64,000 bases of DNA, from contig OZ245046.1 in NCBI GenBank assembly GCA_965224245.1, positions 1,248,001 to 1,312,000 on the forward strand, read 5' to 3'. The notes beneath the pieces were generated by a model. The model was not told the origin of the DNA. It saw nothing but the letters and a program-made list of their open reading frames with translations, and searched no databases. The position numbers and the translations under genes are program-made. Each line of letters begins with the position of its first letter. Within the stretch, counting starts at the first letter, position 1. Source of the DNA: Candidatus Eiseniibacteriota bacterium (GTDB taxonomy: Bacteria; Eisenbacteria; RBG-16-71-46; CAZAMP01). This document shows positions 48,734-57,631 of the stretch, piece by piece.

Positions 48734-49600
48734 ATGCGTCGCCTGCTTCCCGGCTCCATCGCGGGTCTCGTCACCGCTCTGTCGGCCGGGCCGGTCTGGG
48801 CCCAGGCGGCGGACGAGGTCGGATGGGGCATCAAGGACCATCGCGTCTCGACGCTCCTCATCTTCATCGTCTTCTCGGGCTTCATCATCGCCTTCATCCA
48901 GGCCGCGCGCGGCCGATCGCTGAGCATTCGCCGGATCGCGGGACTGAACGCCATCGACGAGGCGATCGGCCGGTCCACCGAGATGGGCAAGAAGGTTCTC
49001 TTCGTCCCCGGGATCATGTCGATCGACGAGATCCAGACCATCGCATCCCTGGCGATTCTCAAGCACGTCGCGCTCGAGACGGCTCGCTACAACACGCCGC
49101 TCGAGGTCCCGAACCGTGACCCCCTCACGTACGCGTCGGCGGTCGAGACCGTGAAGGAGGCCTACATCGAGGCCGGGCGGCCCGATCTCTTCCACGCCGA
49201 CGAGATGGTCAACTACGTCACATACGATCAGTTCGCCTACACCGCGTCGGTGTCCGGGAAGATGGTCCGCGAGAAGCCCGCGGTGAACTTCCTGGTGGGC
49301 GGCTTCTTCGCCGAGAGCCTTCTGTTGGCCGAGGCCGGGCAATCCACGGGGGCCATCCAGATCTCCGGCACCGCCGAGGTCGCCCAGCTGCCCTTCTTCG
49401 TCTGCGCCACCGACTACACGCTCATCGGCGAGGAGCTGTACGCGGCCAGCGCGTATCTCTCGCGCGAGCCCGTGATGCTGGGGAGCATCAAGGGCCAGGA
49501 CTTCTTCAAGATGCTCCTGATCCTGTTCATCCTGGCCGGGATCGTGATCGCGTCCACGTCGGGCTCGGTCGCGCTTCAGTCCTTCTTCCGGGCCGGGTGA
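48734..49600 (+). CDS. DUF6754-like membrane protein
   Basis: Signal peptide and TM, then IRRIAGLNAIDEAIGRSTEMG, QFAY, G.FFAESLLLAE.G...GAIQI.GT, QLPFFV...DYTLIGEELYAASAYLS, GSIKGQD..K; C-terminal TM. Confidence 0.82.
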   Translation: MRRLLPGSIAGLVTALSAGPVWAQAADEVGWGIKDHRVSTLLIFIVFSGFIIAFIQAARGRSLSIRRIAGLNAIDEAIGRSTEMGKKVLFVPGIMSIDEIQTIASLAILKHVALETARYNTPLEVPNRDPLTYASAVETVKEAYIEAGRPDLFHADEMVNYVTYDQFAYTASVSGKMVREKPAVNFLVGGFFAESLLLAEAGQSTGAIQISGTAEVAQLPFFVCATDYTLIGEELYAASAYLSREPVMLGSIKGQDFFKMLLILFILAGIVIASTSGSVALQSFFRAG

Positions 49601-49603
49601 GCG

Positions 49604-50302
49604 ATGAAGCAGCAGATCCCGATCTTCGTGGCCACGATCGCCGGTCTGGTGCCGATCGTGTCCAGCATCGTCTCCACGCCGGGCAACCGTCTCCAGGCAG
49701 GGAACGACTGGTTCGAGCAGTCGCTGATCATCATCTTCGCGTTCGCACTGCTGCTCGGCGTGGTCAACGTGTTCCAGACCAATCTCCGCAAGATCTACGA
49801 GCGGCGAAAGGGATGGCCGTACGCCGTCGTGCTGCTCGGATGCCTCGTCGGCACGGCGATTCCGGGGATCCATCAAGCGTTCGCCGGCATCGACGGCACG
49901 TGGCAGGTCGGAGACGACACCGCTTTCGAGTGGATCCAGAACGCAGTGTTCAAGCCGCTTCAGGGCACGATGTTCTCCCTCCTGGCGTTCTACATCGCCT
50001 CGGCCGCGTTTCGCGCGTTCCGGGTGCGCAACGTGGAGGCGACGATCCTCTTGTCGGCGGCGATGGTGGTCATGCTCGGGGTGAACCCGTACGGCATCAA
50101 GCTCTTCGCCTGGATGCCGTCGATCGGGGCCATCCCCGGCGGCGAGGAGTTCCTGCCCGCGGTCACGAACTGGGTTATGAACGTGCCCAACTCGGCCGCG
50201 CAGCGGGGCATCATCATCGGAGCCGCACTGGGCGCGGCGGCGATGTCGCTACGCGTGCTCCTGGGGATCGAGCGCTCGTACCTGGGAGTGGGACGTGACT
50301 AG
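49604..50302 (+). CDS. Multi-pass membrane protein of the DUF6754 cluster
   Basis: About 6 TM helices; PLQGTMFSLLAFYIASAAFRAFRVRN.EA, W.M.VPN.AAQRGI.IG.ALG, LG.ERSYLG. Confidence 0.85.
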   Translation: MKQQIPIFVATIAGLVPIVSSIVSTPGNRLQAGNDWFEQSLIIIFAFALLLGVVNVFQTNLRKIYERRKGWPYAVVLLGCLVGTAIPGIHQAFAGIDGTWQVGDDTAFEWIQNAVFKPLQGTMFSLLAFYIASAAFRAFRVRNVEATILLSAAMVVMLGVNPYGIKLFAWMPSIGAIPGGEEFLPAVTNWVMNVPNSAAQRGIIIGAALGAAAMSLRVLLGIERSYLGVGRD

Positions 50303-50335
50303 CGCGGAGCGCCGAGCCGACGCGGGGAGCTTCCG

Positions 50336-51229
50336 ATGAGTCGACTGCTCGCCCTCGACCGGCGATGGATCTATCTCCTCGTGTTCCTCGTCTGTCTGAT
50401 CCCGTTCTTCCGCCCGCTGGGGCTCCCCATCGGGGGTGCCCCCAGCGTGACGGCGCTCTACGATCGCGTCGAGTCGCTGTCGCCGGGGTCGGTGGTCATG
50501 ATCTCGTTCGACTACGGGCCGTCCACCGGACCCGAGAACGACCCGATGGCGGTTGCGCTGATCCGGCACTGCCTGGCAGCCGACCTCCGGGTGATCACGA
50601 TCGCGCTCTATCCGCTCGGCGGCGTGACCGAGTGCCACGAGGAGTTCGTCCGCGCCACCGGGGGGTTCGACCCCGAGACGCGAGAGCTCCGGGGGTGGCC
50701 GGGCAAGTTCTACGGTGTCGACGCGATCAATCTCGGATACAAGGACGGCGCGGCCCCGGCGCTGCGTCAGATGAGCACCGAGCTTCACGCCGTGTTCCCG
50801 CAGGACTACGAGCTCCGGCTCCCGCTCTCGGACTTCGAGATGACCCGGAACGTGCAGGGCTACGGGGACATGGCCTTCGCGGCGTCGATCGCCACCGGGA
50901 CCATCGGCGAGTGGTGGGTCAACATCGTCAACGCGCAGTACGGGCTGCCGGTCGTCGTCGGGTGTACCGCGGTGAGCGGCCCCCGGTTCTTCCCGTTCCT
51001 GCGCGCCGAGCAGATGTTCGCGCTCTTGGCGGGACTGAAGGGGGCGGTGGAGTACGAGAAGCTCGTCACCGAAGCCTACCCGGAGGTCAAGAGCATGACC
51101 GAGCGCCAGGCGTACTACGCCGCCAAGGGGTGGGACGTGCAGTCGCTCGTGTACACCGTGATCATCGTGTTCATCGTCCTGGGCAACGTGGCCTACTTCA
51201 CCGCGCGACGGCGCGGGGAGGCGGTCTGA
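50336..51229 (+). CDS. Membrane-anchored protein of the DUF6754 cluster (N- and C-terminal TM, soluble alpha/beta domain)
   Basis: DRRWIYLL, SFDYGPS..PE..PM, YGVD..NLGYK.G, GCTAV, GLKGA.EYE, FIVLGN. Confidence 0.85.
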   Translation: MSRLLALDRRWIYLLVFLVCLIPFFRPLGLPIGGAPSVTALYDRVESLSPGSVVMISFDYGPSTGPENDPMAVALIRHCLAADLRVITIALYPLGGVTECHEEFVRATGGFDPETRELRGWPGKFYGVDAINLGYKDGAAPALRQMSTELHAVFPQDYELRLPLSDFEMTRNVQGYGDMAFAASIATGTIGEWWVNIVNAQYGLPVVVGCTAVSGPRFFPFLRAEQMFALLAGLKGAVEYEKLVTEAYPEVKSMTERQAYYAAKGWDVQSLVYTVIIVFIVLGNVAYFTARRRGEAV

Positions 51230-51240
51230 GTGAGGGGCTC

Positions 51241-51891
51241 GTGAGTCTGTCACCCGAGGTCGGAGTCTGGGTCGCGGCGCTCCTGACGCTGTGCATCCTG
51301 AGCTTCCTCTATCGCGACAACCCGTTCTTCCGGTTCGCCGAGAGCGCGTTCGCGGGCGTGAGCCTCGGCTACTACATCGGCAACACGTTCGACCAGACGC
51401 TGAAGCCCAACCTGATCGATCCGCTGTTCCTGGGGGCGGGCGACGTATCGACGCTGGAGCGGTTCGGGCTCCTGTTCCCGATGATCATCGGGCTCCTGCT
51501 CTACGCGCGGTACGTCAAGAACGTGGCCTGGCTGGCGCGCTACTCGCTGGCCATCTACGTCGGATACTCGATGGGCCTGCAGATGATGCAGAAGCTCCAG
51601 GGCGAGGTGCAGCCCCAGACCGCCGACACGATGATCTCGCTCGCCAACGGGATCGGCTCCACCGGTGAGTTCGTGTCCAACCTGATCATGGTGGTGGGTG
51701 TCCTGTCGGTGCTCGTGTACTTCTTCTTCTCGGCCGAGCACAAGGGCGCGCTGGGCGGGGTCTCGCGGGTCGGGATCTGGTTCCTGATGATCTCGTTCGG
51801 CGCCGCGTTCGGCTACACGATCATGGGTCGTGTCTCGATCCTGATCGGCCGCATGAACTTCCTGATCACCGAGTGGCTGGGAATCGGGTAG
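51241..51891 (+). CDS. Multi-pass membrane protein of the DUF6754 cluster
   Basis: GTG after GAGGGG; LTL.ILSFLYRDNPFFRFAE..F.GVS.GY, YFFFS.EH.G, G.WFLMISFGAAFGYTIMGR.S. Confidence 0.85.
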   Translation: MSLSPEVGVWVAALLTLCILSFLYRDNPFFRFAESAFAGVSLGYYIGNTFDQTLKPNLIDPLFLGAGDVSTLERFGLLFPMIIGLLLYARYVKNVAWLARYSLAIYVGYSMGLQMMQKLQGEVQPQTADTMISLANGIGSTGEFVSNLIMVVGVLSVLVYFFFSAEHKGALGGVSRVGIWFLMISFGAAFGYTIMGRVSILIGRMNFLITEWLGIG

Positions 51892-52327
51892 CCGGATCCG
51901 GGTCGGCCATCGGAATCCGCTTGCCAGAGCGACTGTCCACGAGCACGCCCGGCTCGGCACGGTCGTCGATCCAGTAGAGCTTGTAGACGAGGTGCGTCTC
52001 GTCCACGTCGATCCGAGCCAGGAGACCCCCCGCAAAGCCGAGACCCTTCTTCGCGAAGTGCCGTGTGGTCCGCACCGCGACCGGCGCCGCGATCGGCGCG
52101 AGGAGGCGGTGTTCGGCGGGAACGGCTTGCTCGGTCGTCTCGGGCCGCCCGCGAATGGGCAGCGGGATGCCGCGCATGCCGTCCACCGAGAACCACAGCG
52201 TCCGGGGCTCGGCGCGCGGGTGCGCGCGGATGCGGAGCCTGAGGGCGTACATCGGATACAGGAGGCCCCGGGCCTCGGCGAACGGCTGGTGCGTCGGGTC
52301 GGCGGGGATGAGATCGACGTCCGGCAT
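51866..52327 (-). CDS. Hypothetical protein
   Basis: GGGAGG RBS and ATG; upstream TGcTAGTGT extended -10; two similar halves (LYPMY..VDG..G and VYKLYW..VDS..G). Confidence 0.65.
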   Translation of the reverse strand: MPDVDLIPADPTHQPFAEARGLLYPMYALRLRIRAHPRAEPRTLWFSVDGMRGIPLPIRGRPETTEQAVPAEHRLLAPIAAPVAVRTTRHFAKKGLGFAGGLLARIDVDETHLVYKLYWIDDRAEPGVLVDSRSGKRIPMADPDPATRFPATR

Positions 52328-52475
52328 CGGAGCCTCCCGGCTGGGGTTCGGACTCGAACACTAGCACGTGCGGCGATCACATCGCCGGGAGTTGCATTCG
52401 GACCGCCCGCGCCATACGTTCTGCCCAACGTCGGCCCGGGCCGACGGCGGCGTCCGGAGAACCGCGGAGGTGAGA

Positions 52476-53039
52476 ATGGTCTCGATCGTGTCGCTCTGGC
52501 TCCCGATCGTACTGAGCGCGGTGCTCGTCTTCGTCGCCAGCTCCCTCATCCACATGCTCCTGTCGTATCACCGATCGGACTTTGCGAAGCTCCCGGACGA
52601 GGATGGGGTGATGTCGGCCCTGCGCGCGCACGACGTCCCGCCCGGCAACTACGTCATGCCATGCGCGGCCTCGTCGGCCGAGATGCGCTCCGACGCGTTC
52701 CTGGAGAAGGCGAACGCGGGCCCCGTGGCGTTCATGACCGTGCTCCCGTCGGGGCCCCCGGCCATCGGGGCGAGCCTCGTTCAGTGGTTCGTGTACTGTC
52801 TGGTGATCGGGGTGTTCACCGCGTACGTGACCTCGCGCGCGCTCGGCCCGGGAGCCGAGTACCTCTCGGTGTTCCGCATGTCGGGGACGGTGGCGTTCAT
52901 CGGCTACGCGATGTCGTTGCCGCAGGACTCGATCTGGTACAAGAAGTCCTGGACCACGACACTGAAGTCGATCTTCGACGGGGTGGTGTACGGGCTCCTG
53001 ACGGCGGGCGCGTTCGGATGGCTCTGGCCCTCGGCGTAG
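52476..53039 (+). CDS. Hypothetical membrane protein (about 4 TM)
   Basis: GGAGGTG RBS; LWLPIVLSAVLVFVASSLIHM..YH..D..KLPDED, PGNY.MP, GP, IW, D...YGLLTAG.FGWLWP. Confidence 0.8.
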   Translation: MVSIVSLWLPIVLSAVLVFVASSLIHMLLSYHRSDFAKLPDEDGVMSALRAHDVPPGNYVMPCAASSAEMRSDAFLEKANAGPVAFMTVLPSGPPAIGASLVQWFVYCLVIGVFTAYVTSRALGPGAEYLSVFRMSGTVAFIGYAMSLPQDSIWYKKSWTTTLKSIFDGVVYGLLTAGAFGWLWPSA

Positions 53040-53108
53040 CGGGTCTGCCCCGGTGCGCATTCGCTCGATCCGATGCCACGAACACGGTCGGTGCCGTATG
53101 ATCCCGGC

Positions 53109-55199
53109 ATGTCCGTCCTCGATCAGCCCATCCAGTTCCTGAAAGGCGCGGGGCCGCGCCGTGCCGAGCAGCTGGGCCGGCTCGGGATCGCCACGCTCGG
53201 GGACCTGCTCGCGCACTACCCGCGTGACTACGTCGACCGCACGCAGCTCACGAAGCTGGCCGACGTCCGGGCCGGGCAGCACGTCAATGCCATCGTGGAG
53301 GTCGTTGCCGTGGGCGTCCGGCCGACCCGGCGGCGCCTGACGAACTTCCACGCCGTCCTCCAGGACGACACCGGTCGCATCGAGGCCGTCTGGTTCAACC
53401 AGCCGTATCTCAAGAACTACGTGAAGGTCGGCGCCACGCTGATGGTCTCCGGCGAGGTCACTCGCTTCGGGTCTCTCCAGCTGAAGAGCCCCGACTACGA
53501 GCTCGTGACCGCGGAGGATCAGGGTCTCTATCGCACGGGCCGCATCGTGCCGACCTATCCGCTCACCGCCGGGCTCAATCAGCGCATGGTGCGACAGCTC
53601 GTGCGCACCGCACTGAAGCTGCTCGACGAATCGGGTGAGTCCGCCGACGCCGCCGTCGATCTGATCCCCGAGGCGGTCCGCGTCACCCGTGACCTGATGC
53701 CCGCCCGGGAGGCCCAGCGCGAGGTGCACTTTCCGAGCTCTCGCGAGAGCCTGCGCCGTGCGCGGCGGCGAATAACGTTCGAGGAGCTGTTCGTGTACCA
53801 GCTCCTGATCGCGCGGCGCCGACACCTGGCGGCCGAGATCCCGGGGATCGCCTACGAGGCCCGCGGCACGCTCTCGCGCGAGGTGGCGCGCTCGCTGCCG
53901 TTCGAGCTCACGAACGCGCAGAAGAAGGCGCTGATCGAGATCCGCGACGACATGCGACGTGCGCGGCCCATGAACCGTCTCCTGATGGGCGAGGTCGGAT
54001 CGGGCAAGACCCTGGTCGCGCTGCTCACGGCCTGCCTGGCCCTCGAGGAGGACTTCCAGGTGGCGTTCCTCGCGCCCACCGAGATCCTGGCCGAGCAGCA
54101 CCTGCGTTCGCTGCGCGCGTTCATCGGGGATCGGGACGTGACGGTCCACGTGCTCACCGGGAAGTCCAGGGCGGCGGCCCGCCGCACGGTGGCCTACGCC
54201 GCGAAGGCCGGGGATCCGGCCATCTTCGTGGGCACCCACGCACTCCTGGAGGAGGCGGTGGAGTTCTCGAACCTGGGGCTCGTGGTCGTGGACGAGCAGC
54301 ATCGATTCGGGGTGAAGCAGCGGGCGCAACTCAAAGCAAAGGGGGGATATCCGGACGTCCTCGTGATGACGGCGACTCCGATCCCGCGGACCCTGGCGAT
54401 GACGCTCTACGGGGACCTGGACATCTCGGTCCTGGACGAGCTTCCCCGGGGGCGAGGGGAGACCGTCACCCGCGTGACCCGGGACGCGAACCGGGAGAAG
54501 GTCTACGACCTGATCCGCCGCGAGGTCGCGGCCGGGCACCGGGCGTACGTGGTCTATCCGCTGGTGGAGGAGTCCGAGGCGTCGGATCTGCGTGCGGCCA
54601 CCGAGATGGCCGACCAGCTGGATCTCCATCCCGCACTCCAGGGCTGTACCGTGGGGCTCCTGCACGGCAAGATGAAGGCGGAAAAGAAAGCCGACGTGAT
54701 GCTTGCGTTCAGGGAGGGACGTTGTCATGTTCTCGTGACAACGACCGTGGTCGAGGTCGGCGTCGACGTCCCCGAGGCGACCGTGATGGTGGTCGAACAC
54801 CCCGATCGGTATGGGCTGAGCCAGCTCCACCAGCTCCGCGGGCGCATCGGGCGCGGTGCCGCGAGGTCCTACTTCATCCTGCTCGCGCCGCGAGATCTGT
54901 CTCGCGAGGCATTGCGCCGGCTCCGGGTGCTGGAGTCGACGAAGAGCGGCTTCCGGGTCGCCGAGGCCGACCTGAAGCTCCGCGGGCCGGGGGACTTCAT
55001 GGGCACGCGCCAGCACGGTCTGCCGGATCTCGAGCTCGCGGACTTCGAGGCCGACCGGGATCTTCTGGTGGCGGCCCGCGACGACGCCCATGCGCTCGTC
55101 CGGGAGGATCCCGATCTGAGGGCACCGGAGCTTCAGTTTCTCCGACGGCAACTGATTGCCAAATACGGGGATCGAGCGACCTTCTATCATGTCGCATGA
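53109..55199 (+). CDS. recG: ATP-dependent DNA helicase RecG
   Basis: WFNQPY wedge domain, RLLMGEVGSGKT, APTEILAEQH, DEQHRFGV.QR, MTATPIPRT, QLHQLRGRIGR, DL.LRGPG...G.RQHG. Confidence 0.97.
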   Translation: MSVLDQPIQFLKGAGPRRAEQLGRLGIATLGDLLAHYPRDYVDRTQLTKLADVRAGQHVNAIVEVVAVGVRPTRRRLTNFHAVLQDDTGRIEAVWFNQPYLKNYVKVGATLMVSGEVTRFGSLQLKSPDYELVTAEDQGLYRTGRIVPTYPLTAGLNQRMVRQLVRTALKLLDESGESADAAVDLIPEAVRVTRDLMPAREAQREVHFPSSRESLRRARRRITFEELFVYQLLIARRRHLAAEIPGIAYEARGTLSREVARSLPFELTNAQKKALIEIRDDMRRARPMNRLLMGEVGSGKTLVALLTACLALEEDFQVAFLAPTEILAEQHLRSLRAFIGDRDVTVHVLTGKSRAAARRTVAYAAKAGDPAIFVGTHALLEEAVEFSNLGLVVVDEQHRFGVKQRAQLKAKGGYPDVLVMTATPIPRTLAMTLYGDLDISVLDELPRGRGETVTRVTRDANREKVYDLIRREVAAGHRAYVVYPLVEESEASDLRAATEMADQLDLHPALQGCTVGLLHGKMKAEKKADVMLAFREGRCHVLVTTTVVEVGVDVPEATVMVVEHPDRYGLSQLHQLRGRIGRGAARSYFILLAPRDLSREALRRLRVLESTKSGFRVAEADLKLRGPGDFMGTRQHGLPDLELADFEADRDLLVAARDDAHALVREDPDLRAPELQFLRRQLIAKYGDRATFYHVA

Positions 55200-55785
55200 G
55201 GTGATCGTCATCCGTTGCGAACACTGCGGGCACGAGCACGGGGTGCCCGAGGATCACATCCCGGTCTTCGGCGCGCGCATCCGATGTGCCGGCTGCGGGC
55301 AGCTCGTGGACCTGCCGCCCCGCCACGAGGCGGCGGCGCACCATGCGGAGCCCGATCGCGTCTCCGGGGCGCGCGGTCCCACGGTCGAGCTTGCAGGCGA
55401 CACGGCCGGCAACCCCGGTGATGCTCGTGCCGGGGAGCCCACTCTCGATCCGGCGGGGGATGCCGCGCGTGCGATGGGACCGAGCCCGCACGCCAACGGG
55501 GCCCGGCCGGCCGGGGTCTCGCGAGAGGACGTGACGCAGATCGCCGAAGCCCTGATCCGGGACATCGCGTTCGCCGACGACGCCCGGCTCCGCCGCGCCC
55601 GGGCCGCCAGGCGTGTCCTGGCCGAGTACGCCGGCGAGATCGCCGACGCATTCGACCGGTTCCGTGAGCGCGTCGGCAATGGAGACGCGTCCGCGTTCCG
55701 GACGGCCGTTCGGCACATCCTGGCCGGAGAGCCGGCCGAGGGGCAGGCCGACGAGCGTTCGGTGCCGCCGCAACCCCACCACTGA
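55189..55785 (+). CDS. Zinc-ribbon protein with a C-terminal RomX-like helical domain
   Basis: CEHCG..(V)PED.IP..G..IRCAGCG finger, a low-complexity linker, then IAEALIRDIAF..EIADAFDRFRERVG..FRTAVRHIL; overlaps the recG stop. Confidence 0.7.
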   Translation: MSHEVIVIRCEHCGHEHGVPEDHIPVFGARIRCAGCGQLVDLPPRHEAAAHHAEPDRVSGARGPTVELAGDTAGNPGDARAGEPTLDPAGDAARAMGPSPHANGARPAGVSREDVTQIAEALIRDIAFADDARLRRARAARRVLAEYAGEIADAFDRFRERVGNGDASAFRTAVRHILAGEPAEGQADERSVPPQPHH

Positions 55786-56070
55786 TCGCGCGTTTCCTGC
55801 TCAACACCCGGTCCGCTTCACCCGATGAGTACAGGAGCGCCGTTCGCCGCTCTCTCGGAGACGGCCGGCTGGAGTCGACCGGCAGGATCGAGGCTCAAGC
55901 CAATGCCGACTTCGGCGGAAGAATCCCTCGAGACCGTGCGTGACACCGCTCGTCGTCGCGGAGGCACCGACGTCGTCGAGCCGCGACCGGTCCCGGGGCG
56001 TGAGCCTCGACTGCACATCGATCCGCGGCGGCCGGTGCCGGCCACGCGGCAGAGATGAGGGAAGCGATCC

Positions 56071-57489
56071 ATGGTTCTGGTCAACTACTCCGGGAAGGAA
56101 ATCAACGCCAAGGTCGTCTACTACGGACCCGGGCTGTGCGGAAAGACCACGAACCTCGAGTTCATCTACGGTCGGGTCCCTCAGACGAACAGAGGCAAGA
56201 TGGTGTCGATGAAGACCCGCACCGAGCGGACGCTCTTCTTCGACTTCCTTCCGCTGAACCTGGGGGAGCTCGCGGGCTTTCAGACCCGTTTCCTCCTCTA
56301 CACCGTTCCGGGACAGATCTATTACAACGCGACCCGAAAGCTCGTCCTGAAGGGCGTCGACGCGCTCGTGTTCGTGGCCGACTCCGCCAGGGACAAGATG
56401 GAGGAGAACCTCGAGAGCTTCGACAACCTGAAGGACAACTTGAAGGAGCACGGGCTCAGCCTCGACGACATTCCGCTGGTGCTTCAGTACAACAAGCGCG
56501 ACCTACCGGACGTGTACACGGTGGAGGAGATGCAGCAGGCGCTCAATCCCCGTGGGGAGTACGAGTTCTTCGAGGCCGTCGCGACCACCGGGCAAGGGGT
56601 ATTCGAAACGTTCAAGGGGGTCGCTAGATTGCTTCTGGCACATCTCTCGAAGAAGATGGGCGTGCGCCAAAGGACGACCGAAGCGCGCGAGGCGTCCGGC
56701 GTCGAGTCCCAGCCGGCGACATCGCACGCCGCTCAGGCTCCGACGCCCGTCCAGGGATCGACGCCTGCGCCGGTGAGCGGACGCGAGTCGTCCCCCCGCG
56801 ACGCGTCGTCTCACGACGCTCCCGCGTGGGCACCAGAGGCATCGCCCGCGTACGCGTCGACCGACGCCGATGACGAGAACGTCGTCGAGCACGCGGCCGC
56901 GCCGACCCCACGGCCCGCGTCATCGACGTCTCCGGAGCAGCCCCCGATGCCGAAGTGGTCTCAACCGACCGGCGCTCCGGGCCAGATCGAGATGACGGCA
57001 GCCCCGGCCGGTCAGGCGCCCGTGCGTTCGGAGCGGTCCGAGCTCCAGGTCGGGGCGTCCGCGTTCCCCAGCGGGTCGTCCAAGCCGTCGGGCGGCTCCG
57101 ACTCGCGGCAGGGCTCCACGCCGGCGCCGCCGAGTGGCTCGCACGGCCGGTCGAACACGCCGCCCCCGCAGACGTCCTCGCTCCAGCGGGGCGCCCCTCA
57201 GCGGATGCTCCGGCCCACGCAACCGGGCGAGGCAGGATCTCGACCCCAGCCGACCCCGAGCGCTGCGCCCCCGGAGTCGCCCGCGCCGATGGATGCGGCG
57301 CACGCGACCGAGACGAGCACGCCCGCACCGCACGTGGTGCCGGTGACGCCCGCGGCGAGCGGGCGCGCGGAGCCGCGTGTGATCCAGCTGCCCATTCAGC
57401 TGGAGCCGCAGGATCTCGTGTCCGGGGTCGTGCTCGAGCTTCACGTCGTCGTACGCTCACAGGAGGGACTCCTGCGTCGCGCGAGCTGA
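56071..57489 (+). CDS. mglA: MglA-family small GTPase with a long Pro/Ser/Ala-rich C-terminal extension
   Basis: EINAKVVYYGPGLCGKTTNL, ERTLFFDFLPL, LYTVPGQ, LKGVD..VFVADS, QYNKRDLP, AVA..G.GVFETF in the first ~195 aa. Confidence 0.92.
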   Translation: MVLVNYSGKEINAKVVYYGPGLCGKTTNLEFIYGRVPQTNRGKMVSMKTRTERTLFFDFLPLNLGELAGFQTRFLLYTVPGQIYYNATRKLVLKGVDALVFVADSARDKMEENLESFDNLKDNLKEHGLSLDDIPLVLQYNKRDLPDVYTVEEMQQALNPRGEYEFFEAVATTGQGVFETFKGVARLLLAHLSKKMGVRQRTTEAREASGVESQPATSHAAQAPTPVQGSTPAPVSGRESSPRDASSHDAPAWAPEASPAYASTDADDENVVEHAAAPTPRPASSTSPEQPPMPKWSQPTGAPGQIEMTAAPAGQAPVRSERSELQVGASAFPSGSSKPSGGSDSRQGSTPAPPSGSHGRSNTPPPQTSSLQRGAPQRMLRPTQPGEAGSRPQPTPSAAPPESPAPMDAAHATETSTPAPHVVPVTPAASGRAEPRVIQLPIQLEPQDLVSGVVLELHVVVRSQEGLLRRAS

Positions 57490-57507
57490 TCGATACGACG
57501 ACGTCCG

Positions 57508-57540
57508 ACGCGCGCGCCGTACGGTGCGCGCGTTTTTGTT
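57508..57540 (+). terminator. Intrinsic terminator after mglA
   Basis: Stem ACGCGCGCGCC / GGTGCGCGCGT with a GTAC loop, followed by TTTTGTT. Confidence 0.8.
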
Positions 57541-57551
57541 GTGCGCCAATC

Positions 57552-57580
57552 TTGACCCGTCGATGTGTCTCGCTTAGGTT
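57552..57580 (+). promoter_or_regulatory. sigma70 promoter of TPR-trpA-uppP
   Basis: TTGACC-17 nt-TAGGTT. Confidence 0.55.
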
Positions 57581-57631
57581 GCCGACGAGCACGGTACCGC
57601 GTGGCGGTCTGGCAAACCTGGACGAGAGAGC

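Noticed and set aside
55786-56070. Possible mglB in the gap upstream of mglA
   Set aside because: The short ORFs here (e.g. 55825-56058) have no roadblock-like pattern; treated as intergenic. A TCAAG..GCCGA alternative-sigma motif was too loose to call.
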